64,000 nt of DNA from positions 18,280-82,279 of the forward strand of contig JAJHRQ010000002.1 of NCBI GenBank assembly GCA_020833645.1. The letters run 5' to 3'. The stretch comes from Thermocrinis sp. (GTDB lineage: Bacteria > Aquificota > Aquificia > Aquificales > Aquificaceae). How positions within the stretch are numbered: the stretch's first letter is position 1; each line of letters begins with the position of its first letter. Made by a program: the position numbers and the translations under genes. Shown here in pieces: positions 17,369 to 27,026 of the stretch. Under the pieces are notes generated by a model. It was not told where the DNA came from. It worked only from the letters and a program-made list of their open reading frames with translations, and did no database searches.

Positions 17369-18792
17369 GGAGGGTCGCAATGGCTTTTCTATCACTGTTG
17401 TTTTTGCTACTACTTTTTAGCATAGAAGGTTGTAAAGCGCAAAAAACGCCTCCTACTTCTGGGACTGCGCCACAACCTCAAGCACAAGAGGTCTCCGTTA
17501 GGTCCGGTCTTCTGGCACAGTTTGAAAAGGAATTGACGGAGCTTGTGGAAAGGGTCTCCCCATCTGTGGTAGCCATATACTCTACCCAAGAGGTTTCAAG
17601 TGGTTTTGGTGGGGATTTCCCCTTCTTCTTCCCATTCCAAATTCCGCAGGAGAGGAGGTCCTTAGGTTCGGGTGTGATCATGGCTTATAAGAACGGAAAG
17701 TTTTACATCCTGACCAACAATCATGTGGTTCAAGGGGCAAAGAGGATAAGGGTAAGGTTTGACCCGCATACAGAAAAGGACGGAAGGTTGGTGGGAGGAG
17801 ACCCCAAAACGGATGTGGCGGTGGTGGAGGTGGACGCCAAGGGCATAGAAAACCCTGAGGGTAGGGTGGCAAAGCTGGGAGATTCGGACAAGTTAAAGGT
17901 AGGTCAGTTGGTGATCGCTATAGGAAATCCTTACGGTCTTGAAAGAACTGTGACCTTTGGAGTGATCTCTGCCCTGCGCAGGTCTATAGGGATAACCCAG
18001 TACGAAAGCTTTATTCAAACGGACGCACCCATAAACCCAGGCAACTCGGGAGGACCTCTAATAAATATAAAAGGTGAGGTTATAGGTATAAACACTGCCA
18101 TAGTGGCGGAGGGTCAGGGTTTAGGCTTTGCCATACCCATAAACCTTGCCAAATGGGTGGCAGACCAGCTTATGGCTAAGGGTAGAGTGGTTAGAGGGTG
18201 GCTTGGTGTGGTTATCCAAGAAATTACGCCGGAGATCGCCGAAACCATAGGGGTGAAGGAGGGCATACTCGTAGCTCAGGTTGCACCGGGTAGCCCTGCG
18301 GAGAGGGCTGGGCTCAAAGTTGGAGACATAATAGTTGCCGTTGACGGTGAAAAGGTCAGAGAGGTTAGGGATCTACAGTTTAAGATCATGAAAACACCTC
18401 CCGGCACTGAGGTAACCTTAACCATCATAAGGGGAGGAAAGGAGCAGACCATTAAGGCAAAGGTGGGTGAAATGCCGGAAGAAGTTAGCTTTGGGCAACC
18501 AAGGGAGCAAGTGGGAGATCTGGGTCTGTCCCTCAGGGATCTATCGCCGGAGGAGGTAAGGAGGCTTGGAGTAAAGGGTGTCCTTGTGGAGGGTGTGGCA
18601 CCGGGCAGTTTAGCCCAAAGGAGCGGTTTAAGGAGGGGAGACATAATCCTTGCGGTTAATAACGAGCCCGTAGAGAGTATCTCTCAGTTTAACGAAAAGA
18701 TTGAGAGGGCGAGGAGCGAGCAGAGGACGAGGGTACTCCTTTTGATAAGGAGAGGTGGAAACAACCTGTACGTGGTGCTTTATTTGAGGTAG
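17365..18792 (+). CDS. htrA: HtrA/DegP-family periplasmic serine protease with two PDZ domains.
   Basis: Signal peptide; catalytic GNSGGPLIN; two PDZ-like segments (GILVAQVAPGSPAERAGLKVGDII and GVLVEGVAPGSLAQRSGLRRGDII). Confidence 0.85.
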   Translation: MRRVAMAFLSLLFLLLLFSIEGCKAQKTPPTSGTAPQPQAQEVSVRSGLLAQFEKELTELVERVSPSVVAIYSTQEVSSGFGGDFPFFFPFQIPQERRSLGSGVIMAYKNGKFYILTNNHVVQGAKRIRVRFDPHTEKDGRLVGGDPKTDVAVVEVDAKGIENPEGRVAKLGDSDKLKVGQLVIAIGNPYGLERTVTFGVISALRRSIGITQYESFIQTDAPINPGNSGGPLINIKGEVIGINTAIVAEGQGLGFAIPINLAKWVADQLMAKGRVVRGWLGVVIQEITPEIAETIGVKEGILVAQVAPGSPAERAGLKVGDIIVAVDGEKVREVRDLQFKIMKTPPGTEVTLTIIRGGKEQTIKAKVGEMPEEVSFGQPREQVGDLGLSLRDLSPEEVRRLGVKGVLVEGVAPGSLAQRSGLRRGDIILAVNNEPVESISQFNEKIERARSEQRTRVLLLIRRGGNNLYVVLYLR

Positions 18793-18796
18793 GGCC

Positions 18797-19732
18797 ATGA
18801 TTCCGGACAGCGAACAAGAACTTATAGCCCAATACTTAAAGAAGGTTTCAAAAATACCCCTCCTAAAGCCTGAGGAGGAAAGGGAGCTAGCAAGAAGGGC
18901 AAAGGAGGGAGACAAGGAGGCTTACAGAAAGCTTGTAGAATCAAACCTGCGTTTCGTCATAAGCATAGCAAAGCAGTATTTGGGTTATGGACTTCGCCTT
19001 TCAGAGTTGATAGCGGCGGGCAATTATGGGCTTATGGAGGCGGCAAAGAGGTTTGACCCCGACAAGGGTGTTAAGTTCATATCTTACGCAGTTTGGTGGA
19101 TCAGGCAAGCTATAATGCAAGCTCTATCTCAACAGACTGGTGCGGTGCGCATACCCCTAAAGCAATCCCATCTGATCAATAAGATCAACAGTATATACAG
19201 CAAGCTATACAAGGAATACGAAAGGGAGCCAACAGCGGAGGAGGTAGCAGAGGAATACACCAAGGAGGTCTTGCAAAAGGAAATGGAAAGGGAACTGGGA
19301 AGGAGACCCACAGAAGAGGAAATCCAAAGGAGAATAGAAAAAGAGGGCTACAAGATTGACCCGGCGGAGGTGGAGAGGATTCTGCAAATATCCAAAATGC
19401 CCTTGTCCCTTGATGCGCCCGTTGGAGAGGAAGAAGACACCTTCTTTGTGGATTTTCTCAGCAAGCATGGCACTGCCGACGTGGAAGAAAAGGTAATGAA
19501 CGAAATTCTGAGCAAAGAAATAGAGGAAATGCTGGATAAACTGCCGGAAAAGGAAAGGCGAGTGATAGAGCTCAGGTTTGGATTGAGGGGAGAAGAGCCA
19601 AAAACATTGCGGGAGATAGGAGAAATATTAAACATTTCAAGGGAAAGGGTCAGGCAGTTGGAAACAAGGGCTCTAAGAAAGCTAAGAAACATGGCAATAA
19701 AAAAACATCTAAAAGATTTTCTGAGCGGATGA
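18797..19732 (+). CDS. RNA polymerase sigma factor, sigma-70 family (short, group-2 RpoS/RpoD-like).
   Basis: Region 2 (NLRFVISIAKQY, FISYAVWWIRQAI) and region 4 (LREIGEILNISRERVRQLETRALRKLR); 311 aa. Confidence 0.75.
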   Translation: MIPDSEQELIAQYLKKVSKIPLLKPEEERELARRAKEGDKEAYRKLVESNLRFVISIAKQYLGYGLRLSELIAAGNYGLMEAAKRFDPDKGVKFISYAVWWIRQAIMQALSQQTGAVRIPLKQSHLINKINSIYSKLYKEYEREPTAEEVAEEYTKEVLQKEMERELGRRPTEEEIQRRIEKEGYKIDPAEVERILQISKMPLSLDAPVGEEEDTFFVDFLSKHGTADVEEKVMNEILSKEIEEMLDKLPEKERRVIELRFGLRGEEPKTLREIGEILNISRERVRQLETRALRKLRNMAIKKHLKDFLSG

Positions 19733-20592
19733 TCCCCTCTATCTTGCTTTTGGATAAGCCCAGGGGGCTCACCTCCTTTCAGTTGGTGGATACGGTTAAA
19801 AAGAAGTTTAAGTTGAACAAGGTAGGACATACGGGCACCTTAGACCCCATTGCCACTGGACTTTTGATCCTCTTACTTGAGGAAGCAACACGTTTTGCGG
19901 AGTTTTTTGTTAGGCTTCCAAAAACTTACATCACAAAAATAGTCCTCGGTGCCATAACGGACACCTACGACGCGGAGGGAAACATCTTAGAAAGGAGGGA
20001 TGTGAACGTATCCTGTGAGGACGTGGCAAAAGTCCTGCCCAATTTTACTGGCAGAATTCTTCAAAAGCCCCCACCCTACTCCGCAAAAAAAGTAGGGGGA
20101 GTTAGGGCTTACGAGTTGGCAAGAAAAGGTTTAGAAGTACCTCTAAAGCCTGTGGAGGTGGAGGTTTGCAGTGCCAAGCTTTTGGAGTGCAACCTTCCAC
20201 AGGTGGTCCTTGAATTTGAAGTTTCCGGAGGAACTTACATAAGAAGCTTGGCGCACGATATAGGTTTAGCCCTTGGATGCGGGGCCTACGTGTCGGAGTT
20301 GAGAAGGACGAAGATAGGGGACTTTAGCGTCAGTATGGCCCTCTCTTATGAGAGGCTAAACAGCCTTGAAGACCTCTGGGGCGTAATAATTCCCATATGG
20401 GAAGCCATGAGCTTTTTGCCGGCGGTTAGCTTGCGGACAAAAGAAGCCAGGCTTTTTAGGAACGGTGCAAAGATAAGGGCAGAGGCAAAGCACTATGGCT
20501 ATGTTAGAGTCTTTTGGGATGAGGAGTTTCTTGGAGTAGGTCTATTGGAGGGCGGTTTTTTAAAGCCCTACAGGCTCATGCCTTTAAAGTAG
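19729..20592 (+). CDS. truB: tRNA pseudouridine(55) synthase
   Basis: LLDKPRGLTSFQLV ... GHTGTLDPIATGLLIL catalytic Asp motif. Confidence 0.85.
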   Translation: MIPSILLLDKPRGLTSFQLVDTVKKKFKLNKVGHTGTLDPIATGLLILLLEEATRFAEFFVRLPKTYITKIVLGAITDTYDAEGNILERRDVNVSCEDVAKVLPNFTGRILQKPPPYSAKKVGGVRAYELARKGLEVPLKPVEVEVCSAKLLECNLPQVVLEFEVSGGTYIRSLAHDIGLALGCGAYVSELRRTKIGDFSVSMALSYERLNSLEDLWGVIIPIWEAMSFLPAVSLRTKEARLFRNGAKIRAEAKHYGYVRVFWDEEFLGVGLLEGGFLKPYRLMPLK

Positions 20593-21356
20593 TTCAAAAA
20601 CCTCTCAAAAAGTGCATTAACATTAAAACAGACCCTTTCTTGGCAAGTGTTTGGAAAGCATGGGCTACAACTGAGGTTTAAACTTATCTGAAAAACACTC
20701 TTTCCTATAGGTTTCCATACTACTGGGTCCGTAGGACCATAGAAGATATAGGTTGGCAAACCAAGATAAGCAGAGAGGTGCGAAAGTCCGCTATCATTAC
20801 CCACAAAAAACAGGGCAGACTTCAAAGCTTTGGCGATTTGCAAAGGCTGGTACATCTCCACAAAGTTCTTTACATGCGCCTTTAACCACTGGTCCGCCTC
20901 TCCAACTAAATACACACATTGGTAACCAAGCCCTGTGAGAAAGTTTTCAATCTCAAAAAACAGCCCAATGGGTGGGTTTTTCTTTGGAGAACTGCTGGAT
21001 GGATGCAAAACCACCTTTCCCTTAAAGGGTGAGTTTTGGTCTGCACCAAGGGGCAGTGTTTGGGAATAGTGAGAAGAAAGACCTAAGAGTTTTAGATAGT
21101 ATTCCAAAATCCACACCCTCTCCTTTGGAAAAGGGTCTATTCCGTCAGTTCCGATTATTATCCTTTTGTCAAAGTCCTCCTTGGGCATTTCCGATAAAAC
21201 TCTGTCCGCCCAGCCAACTTCCTTGGCTATCTCAAAGTAATCGGTATTTCCTACTGTGGTTATGTGAAAGCCTTGCCCTTTGAAGATCTCTAAGAGGGGA
21301 AAAGTGAGCAATGTATCCCCAAGTCCACCCCTTCTGTAGAGTAAAAGCTTCTTCAA
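20568..21356 (-). CDS. Glycosyltransferase family 9 (heptosyltransferase-like), shorter than typical.
   Basis: YRRGGLGDTLLTFPLLEIFK N-terminal GT9 signature; 262 aa. Confidence 0.6.
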   Translation of the reverse strand: MKKLLLYRRGGLGDTLLTFPLLEIFKGQGFHITTVGNTDYFEIAKEVGWADRVLSEMPKEDFDKRIIIGTDGIDPFPKERVWILEYYLKLLGLSSHYSQTLPLGADQNSPFKGKVVLHPSSSSPKKNPPIGLFFEIENFLTGLGYQCVYLVGEADQWLKAHVKNFVEMYQPLQIAKALKSALFFVGNDSGLSHLSAYLGLPTYIFYGPTDPVVWKPIGKSVFQISLNLSCSPCFPNTCQERVCFNVNALFERFLNYFKGMSL

Positions 21357-21363
21357 ACGTTTG

Positions 21364-21670
21364 GAGGCTGTTCTAAAAATCCCTCATCGGGACCGTCCCC
21401 CCAGCCTCAAAGGGAACTAACCCTTTCCTCATCCTGTCCCACACTCCCTCACGGGAGGAGAGGAGTATTCTCCTCTCAAGAACAGGGAAGAGGAGGGCTA
21501 CCTTCAGAACCTGCTGGACAATGGCAAGGATTTTAAAATCCTTTCCGTCTTCAGGGTTCCTTCCATTGGTCCCACAACGGGCATCCAGCAAGCTCTGAAA
21601 GCTTTGCACAGGTAAAATTATATCACTTCCCAGAAACTTTTCAATAGGTTTGTATTTTTAGAACAACTTC
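21364..21670 (-). mobile_element. MITE-like internally deleted derivative of the TnpB-like element, with TIRs and a palindromic target-site duplication.
   Basis: TIRs gaggctgttctaaaaat (21364..21381) and atttttagaacaacttc (21654..21670). Flanked by direct repeats tcaaacgtttg (21353..21363 and 21671..21681). The interior encodes (minus strand) QSFQSLLDARCGTNGRNPEDGKDFKILAIVQQVLKVA, homologous to the copy-1 C-terminal extension QSLQSEPSSCEGANGRNPEQGETKKVSRSAWQVLKVA. Confidence 0.65.
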
Positions 21671-22111
21671 TCAAACGTTTGTGTCTATCAGGAAGAGAGG
21701 TTGGTTGTATTCTACCGTCTCTCCGTTTTCCACAAGGATCTTTACCACCTTGCCCCTAACATCGCTTTCTATCTCGTTCATCACCTTTAGGGCTTCTATT
21801 ATGCACAGCACTTGACCGGGGGATACAATGTCGCCTACCTCCACGAAGGGGGGTGCCCCAGGGGAAGGTGCCCTGTAGAAGGTTCCCACCAGAGGGCTCC
21901 TAATCACATATAGCTTGCTCTCCTCCAAATCTTCGGCGGGAGGAACCACCTCAATATGTTTTACCTCCCTCGGTGTTTCTACTTTCTGCACTAACTCCCT
22001 CTGATGGGTCTCTATCCTAAGCCTAAAATCTTGATGCTCTATCTCAAACAGTTTTATATTGCTATTTTTTATAAGGTTTATAAGCTCCTTTATAAAATCT
22101 TTGTCCATCAC
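21671..22111 (-). CDS. accB: Biotin carboxyl carrier protein
   Basis: C-terminal biotinyl domain CIIEALKVMNEIESD; 146 aa. Confidence 0.75.
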   Translation of the reverse strand: MMDKDFIKELINLIKNSNIKLFEIEHQDFRLRIETHQRELVQKVETPREVKHIEVVPPAEDLEESKLYVIRSPLVGTFYRAPSPGAPPFVEVGDIVSPGQVLCIIEALKVMNEIESDVRGKVVKILVENGETVEYNQPLFLIDTNV

Positions 22112-22677
22112 TTGACCCTTTCTATGTAAGCGCCCGTCCTTGTATCCACCTTTATTATGTCCCCCTCTTCCACAAAGAATGGTACTTGCACCACCGCACC
22201 GGTTTCCAACTTGGCGGGCTTAGAACCACCCGCAGCGGTATCTCCCTTAAAGGCAGGCTCCGTTTCCACCACCTTTAGCTCCACATGTCTTGGCAACTCT
22301 ATACCTATGGGCTGACCCTTATAGACAAAAACCACAACCTCCATGCCCTCTTTCAGGAACTTTACTTCGTTTTCTATGTTCTTGGCGGGAACCGCAAGCA
22401 TCTCGTAGGTGGTCTTGCTTACAAAGTAGTAGTGATCACCGTCGTTGTATGAGTATTCCGCAAACACCTGCTCAAAGTCCGCCAGTTCTATGCTGTCGGA
22501 GGCCTTGTAGGTTATTTCAATCACGTTGCCCGTGCTCATGTTCTTTGCCTTTACCCGCACAAAGGCTTGTCCTTTGCCTGGTTTCACGTGTTCATAGTCC
22601 AAAACTCTGTGGGGTTGTCCGTTATGTTCAATAAACATATCCCTCTGTATGCTGTTTATGTCTATCTTAACTCCCAT
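22108..22677 (-). CDS. efp: Elongation factor P
   Basis: 189 aa; KPGKGQAFVRVK motif; three-domain EF-P layout. Confidence 0.85.
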   Translation of the reverse strand: MGVKIDINSIQRDMFIEHNGQPHRVLDYEHVKPGKGQAFVRVKAKNMSTGNVIEITYKASDSIELADFEQVFAEYSYNDGDHYYFVSKTTYEMLAVPAKNIENEVKFLKEGMEVVVFVYKGQPIGIELPRHVELKVVETEPAFKGDTAAGGSKPAKLETGAVVQVPFFVEEGDIIKVDTRTGAYIERVK

Positions 22678-22696
22678 GGCTTTATAATTTTACCAC

Positions 22697-24535
22697 ATGA
22701 GGAAGATAGAAATCACCGATGTATCCCTGAGGGATGGCATTCAGTCCCTCCTTGCCACAAGGGTAAGGACGGAGGATATGCTGGATATTGTTGAAATCCT
22801 TGATAAGTGTGGTTTTTACTCCTTGGAGGTTTGGGGTGGGGCTACCTTTGATGTGTGCTTGAGGTTTCTAAAGGAAGACCCTTGGGAAAGGCTCAGAAAG
22901 TTCAAAGATAGGGCTAAAAACACTAAACTGGAAATGCTTTTGAGAGGTCAAAATTTGGTAGGCTACAGACACTATCCGGATGACGTGGTGGAAGCCTTTG
23001 TGAAGAAAGCTTACGATAACGGTATAGAAGTTTTTAGAATTTTTGATGCCCTTAACGACACCAGAAACCTAAGGAAGGCAATAGAAACTGCCAAAAAGTT
23101 AGGTGCCATTGTTAAAGGGGTTCTCTCTTATACCATAAGCCCTGTGCATACGGTGGAATACTATGTGGAGATAGCCCGGCAGTTGGTGGATATGGGCATA
23201 GACATAATATCCATAAAGGATCAAGCGGGGATTTTATCTCCAAAGATGTCTTATGAACTTGTGAAAGCCCTGAAATCTGAATTTCCCAAATATCCGGTTC
23301 ACCTTCATACCCAAACCACCGCCAACTTGGCAGAAATGGCACAGCTGAAGGGCATAGAGGCTGGCGCAGACATGATAGACACTGCCTTTTACTCCCTCTC
23401 TTCGCAGACCTCCCACCCTGCGGGAGAGATCATGATATACGTGCTAAGGGAGCTCGGCTACCAGGTGGATGTGGATGAAAAGCTGTATCAAAAGGCGGGA
23501 GACCTATTCGTTCAAGTGAGGAAGAAATACAAAAAGTTTGATGTTTTGCCACCGTATCCCGATGTGGGTGTTCTTTTGCATCAAATTCCGGGTGGTATGA
23601 TCACCAATTTCATAAGCCAGCTTAGAGAACAGGGAATGGAAAAAAAACTCCCAGAAGTTTTGGAAGAGGTGGTCCGCGTTCGGGAGGACCTTGGCTATCC
23701 ACCTTTGGTAACGCCCACCAGTCAGATCGTGGGCTCTCAGGCCTTCTTGAATGTGCTCCATGGAGAGAGATACAAGGTTGTTACTAAGGAAGTCAAAGAC
23801 TATGTAAGAGGTCTTTATGGCAGACCGCCCGCACCCATAAAGGAGGAGGTTCTAAGGAAGGTTTTGGGTAATGAGGAGCCTATTTATCACATAAGACCCG
23901 CAGACCTTTTGGAGCCCGAGCTGGAAAGGATCAGAGAAGAGGCCATAAAGGCGGGAGCAAAAAGCGAAGAGGACGTGCTCTCTTATGCCCTCTTCCCATT
24001 GGTGGCAAAGGAGTTCTTTGAGTGGAGAGAAAAGGGCGAGCCATATGTGCCCGAACTGGAGGAGAAGGAAGAAAAAAGGGAAAACATCCCGGTAGAGTTT
24101 GTGATCACCGTCCATGGAGAGCAGTATCATGTGCAGATAGCGGGAAGGGGTGAGCCCACCCAAGATGGAAGGACCTTCTTTATAAGGCTGGACGGTAGAT
24201 TGGAGGAAGTGCTACTTAAACCCGTCAGGGAGCTCAGTCCAACGGAGGTAGTTAGCGGAGACCTTTCAAGCCTTGGCACAGAGGTAAAGCCCAAGAGGTC
24301 CAAGCCGGTAGCCTTGGGAGATGTGGCATCTCCTATATCAGGCAAAATAGTCAGTATAAGGGTCAAGCCGGGGGATGAGGTAAAAGAGGGAGACGTGCTC
24401 TTTATGGTTGAGGCTATGAAGATGGAGAACGAAGTGCGTTCACCAATAAGTGGAGTTGTGCAGGAGGTTCTGGCACAGGTGGGCGAGACGGTCAATCCGG
24501 ATGAGGTGGTTGTTAGGATCAAGCCAAAAACATGA
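22697..24535 (+). CDS. Biotin-dependent carboxyltransferase subunit with C-terminal biotinyl domain (pyruvate carboxylase subunit B / oxaloacetate decarboxylase alpha / 2-oxoglutarate carboxylase large-subunit type).
   Basis: N-terminal TIM-barrel carboxyltransferase (ITDVSLRDGIQS), C-terminal EAMKMENEV biotinylation site; 612 aa. Substrate cannot be told from sequence. Confidence 0.75.
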   Translation: MRKIEITDVSLRDGIQSLLATRVRTEDMLDIVEILDKCGFYSLEVWGGATFDVCLRFLKEDPWERLRKFKDRAKNTKLEMLLRGQNLVGYRHYPDDVVEAFVKKAYDNGIEVFRIFDALNDTRNLRKAIETAKKLGAIVKGVLSYTISPVHTVEYYVEIARQLVDMGIDIISIKDQAGILSPKMSYELVKALKSEFPKYPVHLHTQTTANLAEMAQLKGIEAGADMIDTAFYSLSSQTSHPAGEIMIYVLRELGYQVDVDEKLYQKAGDLFVQVRKKYKKFDVLPPYPDVGVLLHQIPGGMITNFISQLREQGMEKKLPEVLEEVVRVREDLGYPPLVTPTSQIVGSQAFLNVLHGERYKVVTKEVKDYVRGLYGRPPAPIKEEVLRKVLGNEEPIYHIRPADLLEPELERIREEAIKAGAKSEEDVLSYALFPLVAKEFFEWREKGEPYVPELEEKEEKRENIPVEFVITVHGEQYHVQIAGRGEPTQDGRTFFIRLDGRLEEVLLKPVRELSPTEVVSGDLSSLGTEVKPKRSKPVALGDVASPISGKIVSIRVKPGDEVKEGDVLFMVEAMKMENEVRSPISGVVQEVLAQVGETVNPDEVVVRIKPKT

Positions 24536-25209
24536 AGGTTTTCCTTTTGGAAGATGACACAGACCTTTTGGAGCTCTTAACCTACCATCTACAAAAGGAA
24601 GGCCTTGAGGTTGTTTCTTTTAGCAAGGGTGTTGAACTCTTGGAAAGGGTGAAGGAGGAAAAGCCGAGCCTTTTCATTTTGGACGTGATGGTGCCCTCCT
24701 TGGATGGCTTTAAAGTGGCAAACATACTCAAGTCCTCTCCAGAAACCAAGGATGTTCCAATAATTTTTTTGACCGCCAAAACTGCAGAGGAGGACAAGCT
24801 AAAGGGCTTTGAGCTCGGGGCAGATGACTACATTACCAAACCCTTTTCCATAAAAGAGCTTTTGGCACGAATAAGGGCGGTTATGAGAAGGTATGGCGCC
24901 TTAAGGGAGGGTGGGATTGTAAAGCTTGGCAGTTTGACGGTGGATATGGAAAGGATGGAAGTAAGAAGGGACAAAGAACCCATAAACCTAACAAAAACGG
25001 AGTTTGCCATTTTGAAAACCCTTTTGGAAAACTACGGAAAGCCCGTAAGCAGGGAATATTTAGTGGAACATGTTATAAAAAAGGAGGTCTATGATAGAAC
25101 TATAGATGTTCATGTAAAAAACCTTAGGGAAAAGTTAGGAAAGGAGGGTGAGTGGATAAAGACGGTTAGGGGTGTGGGATATAAACTGGAGGAGGTGGAG
25201 CCAAAATGA
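24532..25209 (+). CDS. OmpR-family response regulator (receiver plus winged-helix). No adjacent histidine kinase.
   Basis: Receiver with phospho-acceptor ILDVMVP; C-terminal TVRGVGYKL wing. Confidence 0.8.
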   Translation: MKVFLLEDDTDLLELLTYHLQKEGLEVVSFSKGVELLERVKEEKPSLFILDVMVPSLDGFKVANILKSSPETKDVPIIFLTAKTAEEDKLKGFELGADDYITKPFSIKELLARIRAVMRRYGALREGGIVKLGSLTVDMERMEVRRDKEPINLTKTEFAILKTLLENYGKPVSREYLVEHVIKKEVYDRTIDVHVKNLREKLGKEGEWIKTVRGVGYKLEEVEPK

Positions 25210-25359
25210 AGGACATAACCTTTGAGGACAAACTTTGGAAGGCGGCGGATAAGTTAAGAAAAAAAGTCGAAGTGCACGAGTATAAGTACATAGTCCTTGG
25301 TCTTATATTTCTAAGATATGTCTCTTTTGCCTTTGAAGAGTTAAGAGATAAGCTAAAGG
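25206..25359 (+). pseudogene. hsdM: Type I restriction-modification methyltransferase HsdM N-terminal stub, truncated by IS6-like copy B.
   Basis: KLWKAADKLRKKVEVHEYKYIVLGLIFLRYVSFAFEE is the conserved HsdM N-terminal domain signature. The reading frame ends where the IS TIR begins (25360). No HsdM body, HsdS or HsdR follows. Confidence 0.6.
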
Positions 25360-25906
25360 GAGGATGTCAACTTTTTAGGTTCATGATCGTATAAATGACA
25401 ATAAAGGAGGCTAACCATCTATAGACGGTTTCATACTTAGCATTCCAAGGAAACCTCATTCCTCTTCCCAAAAGTCTCATGTAGCCATTCCATTGCAAGC
25501 CCTTTGACCGCACTCACATACCAAGGTCCCTTGTCAGTGGTGCATCCCTTTGCCTTTGTGTTGTAAAGAACCAACTTAGCTGTCCAAGAGTCCCTTCTTC
25601 TTGAAAGATGCACAAACACAGGCAAACCTTATAGACCCAAATAGCAATCGTATATATTGCCTGAAGAGCTTTCCCTAATAACCCTTGTGAAGTAGGAACT
25701 CCCTTACTGCTCTTGGGGAAAGTCCCTTAAAGTAGAGGAGCACAGCTTCTGCTTTTAGGCTTACAGGAAACCTGTGCCACTTAAAAACTCTGCTTAGTAT
25801 TTCTTCTATTACTTGTCTTGCCTTTATATTTCTAAGCTTATCAGAACTGCTTCAGGTCCTAACCATCAACCACCCCAGTCTATGGATGCCAAAAGTTGAC
25901 ATCTTC
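25360..25906 (-). mobile_element. IS6-family-like non-autonomous element, copy B.
   Basis: Same TIRs as copy A (gaggatgtcaacttttt at 25360; ccaaaagttgacatcttc at 25889..25906). ORF 25437..25625 matches the copy-A transposase segment. Confidence 0.7.
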
Positions 25907-27012
25907 ACTCGTGCCTATGATCTGTTTAAATCCATGGGTGCGGAAGGAGGCGCTAAGGAAGCCCTCTCTGATATACAAGAGCTTGAAAAACAGAGGGTGG
26001 CTGTATATGGCGGGGTGGAGATTGGGTCAAAGGGTGTGAAGGCTCAGGCTTACAGAATTGATCTTAAGGGGGATGAGTTTTATGACCTGCAGGAGGTCTT
26101 TAGGGAAAGCATAAACACCACCATAATAGCTGGGGTCAAAGAGACGGGAGCTTTAGGATGGTATAAAGGAGACTGCGCAGGCGGTTAAGGCTTTGATAGA
26201 AAAGCTAAAGGAAAAGGGTGTGCCCGGGGATAACATTTTTGTGGTGGCAAGCAGTGCTATATCCTCTGTGAAAAACAGGGATGAGTTGGCAAAAAGGGTG
26301 GAGGAACTCACGGGTTATAAGTTGGAGTTTTTGACGGTTAAAGATGAGGTGCTTTTTTGGTATTGCTGGGGCTGTTCCGCCCAAGTATTTTTATAGTTCC
26401 ATCTTTGTGGATGTAGGCAGTGGAAACACCAAGATAGGATACCTTGAAAAGGTAGGGGGCTCCATAAACGTGATGAGCTTTGAGATTCCTTATGGGACTG
26501 TGAGCCTGACGGAGAGGGCAAGCAAGGGTAAAGATTTCAGAACGGAGTTGGTGGGGGTTTTGAACAAAGAGGTGAAGCCTGTGCTCAAGAGGGAAGCCCA
26601 AAAGAACCCTGCTTATCTAAACAGGCAGAATGTTTTCTTGGTGGGTAGCATAGTTTGGGCTATAACCACTCTTCAAAAACCGGGGCAGGTTGAAGAGGCT
26701 TATGTCAGGCTTAGAAGTTCGGATATTAGAAACTTCACGCTGGCGGTCTGGTAAAATCCAGACAGAGTTTTAAACCCTGACCTTTCAAAGCTAAAGCCTG
26801 AGCTCAGAGACAAGGCTAAAAAGTAGGTAGAAAAAGTGAAGGATGTTTTCAGTATGGATAATCTTTATGCGGGTGGCATGCTTTTGGACGGCATCAGCAG
26901 GACCCTTAACTTTGAAAAGAGGAATTTGATATTCCCTAGGTATGGCAATTGGTTGGTGGGCTATGTGGTGCTGAGGGGATACCTTGAAGAGACGGAGGCG
27001 GTGAAAAAGTAA
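25886..27012 (+). pseudogene. Ppx/GppA-family phosphatase, broken into at least four frames.
   Basis: Successive ORFs carry consecutive Ppx/GppA motifs: RVAVYGGVEIGSKGVK (DLGSNS-like), IFVVASSAISSVKNRDELAKRVEELTGYKLEFLTVKDE (ATSAVR...IEVISGEEEA-like), IFVDVGSGNTKIGYLE (DIGGGSTE-like), and a tail at 26855..27012. Confidence 0.6.
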
Positions 27013-27026
27013 TATAAGGTGTGTCC

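Noticed and set aside
21373-21609. Possible structured ncRNA (omega-RNA-like) inferred from apparently compensatory hairpins between 1..110 and 21494..21606.
   Set aside because: The differences are non-synonymous in one conserved reading frame (QS.QS...C.G.NGRNPE.G ... QVLKVA). So the conservation is protein-level, reflecting the element's C-terminal extension, not RNA covariation.
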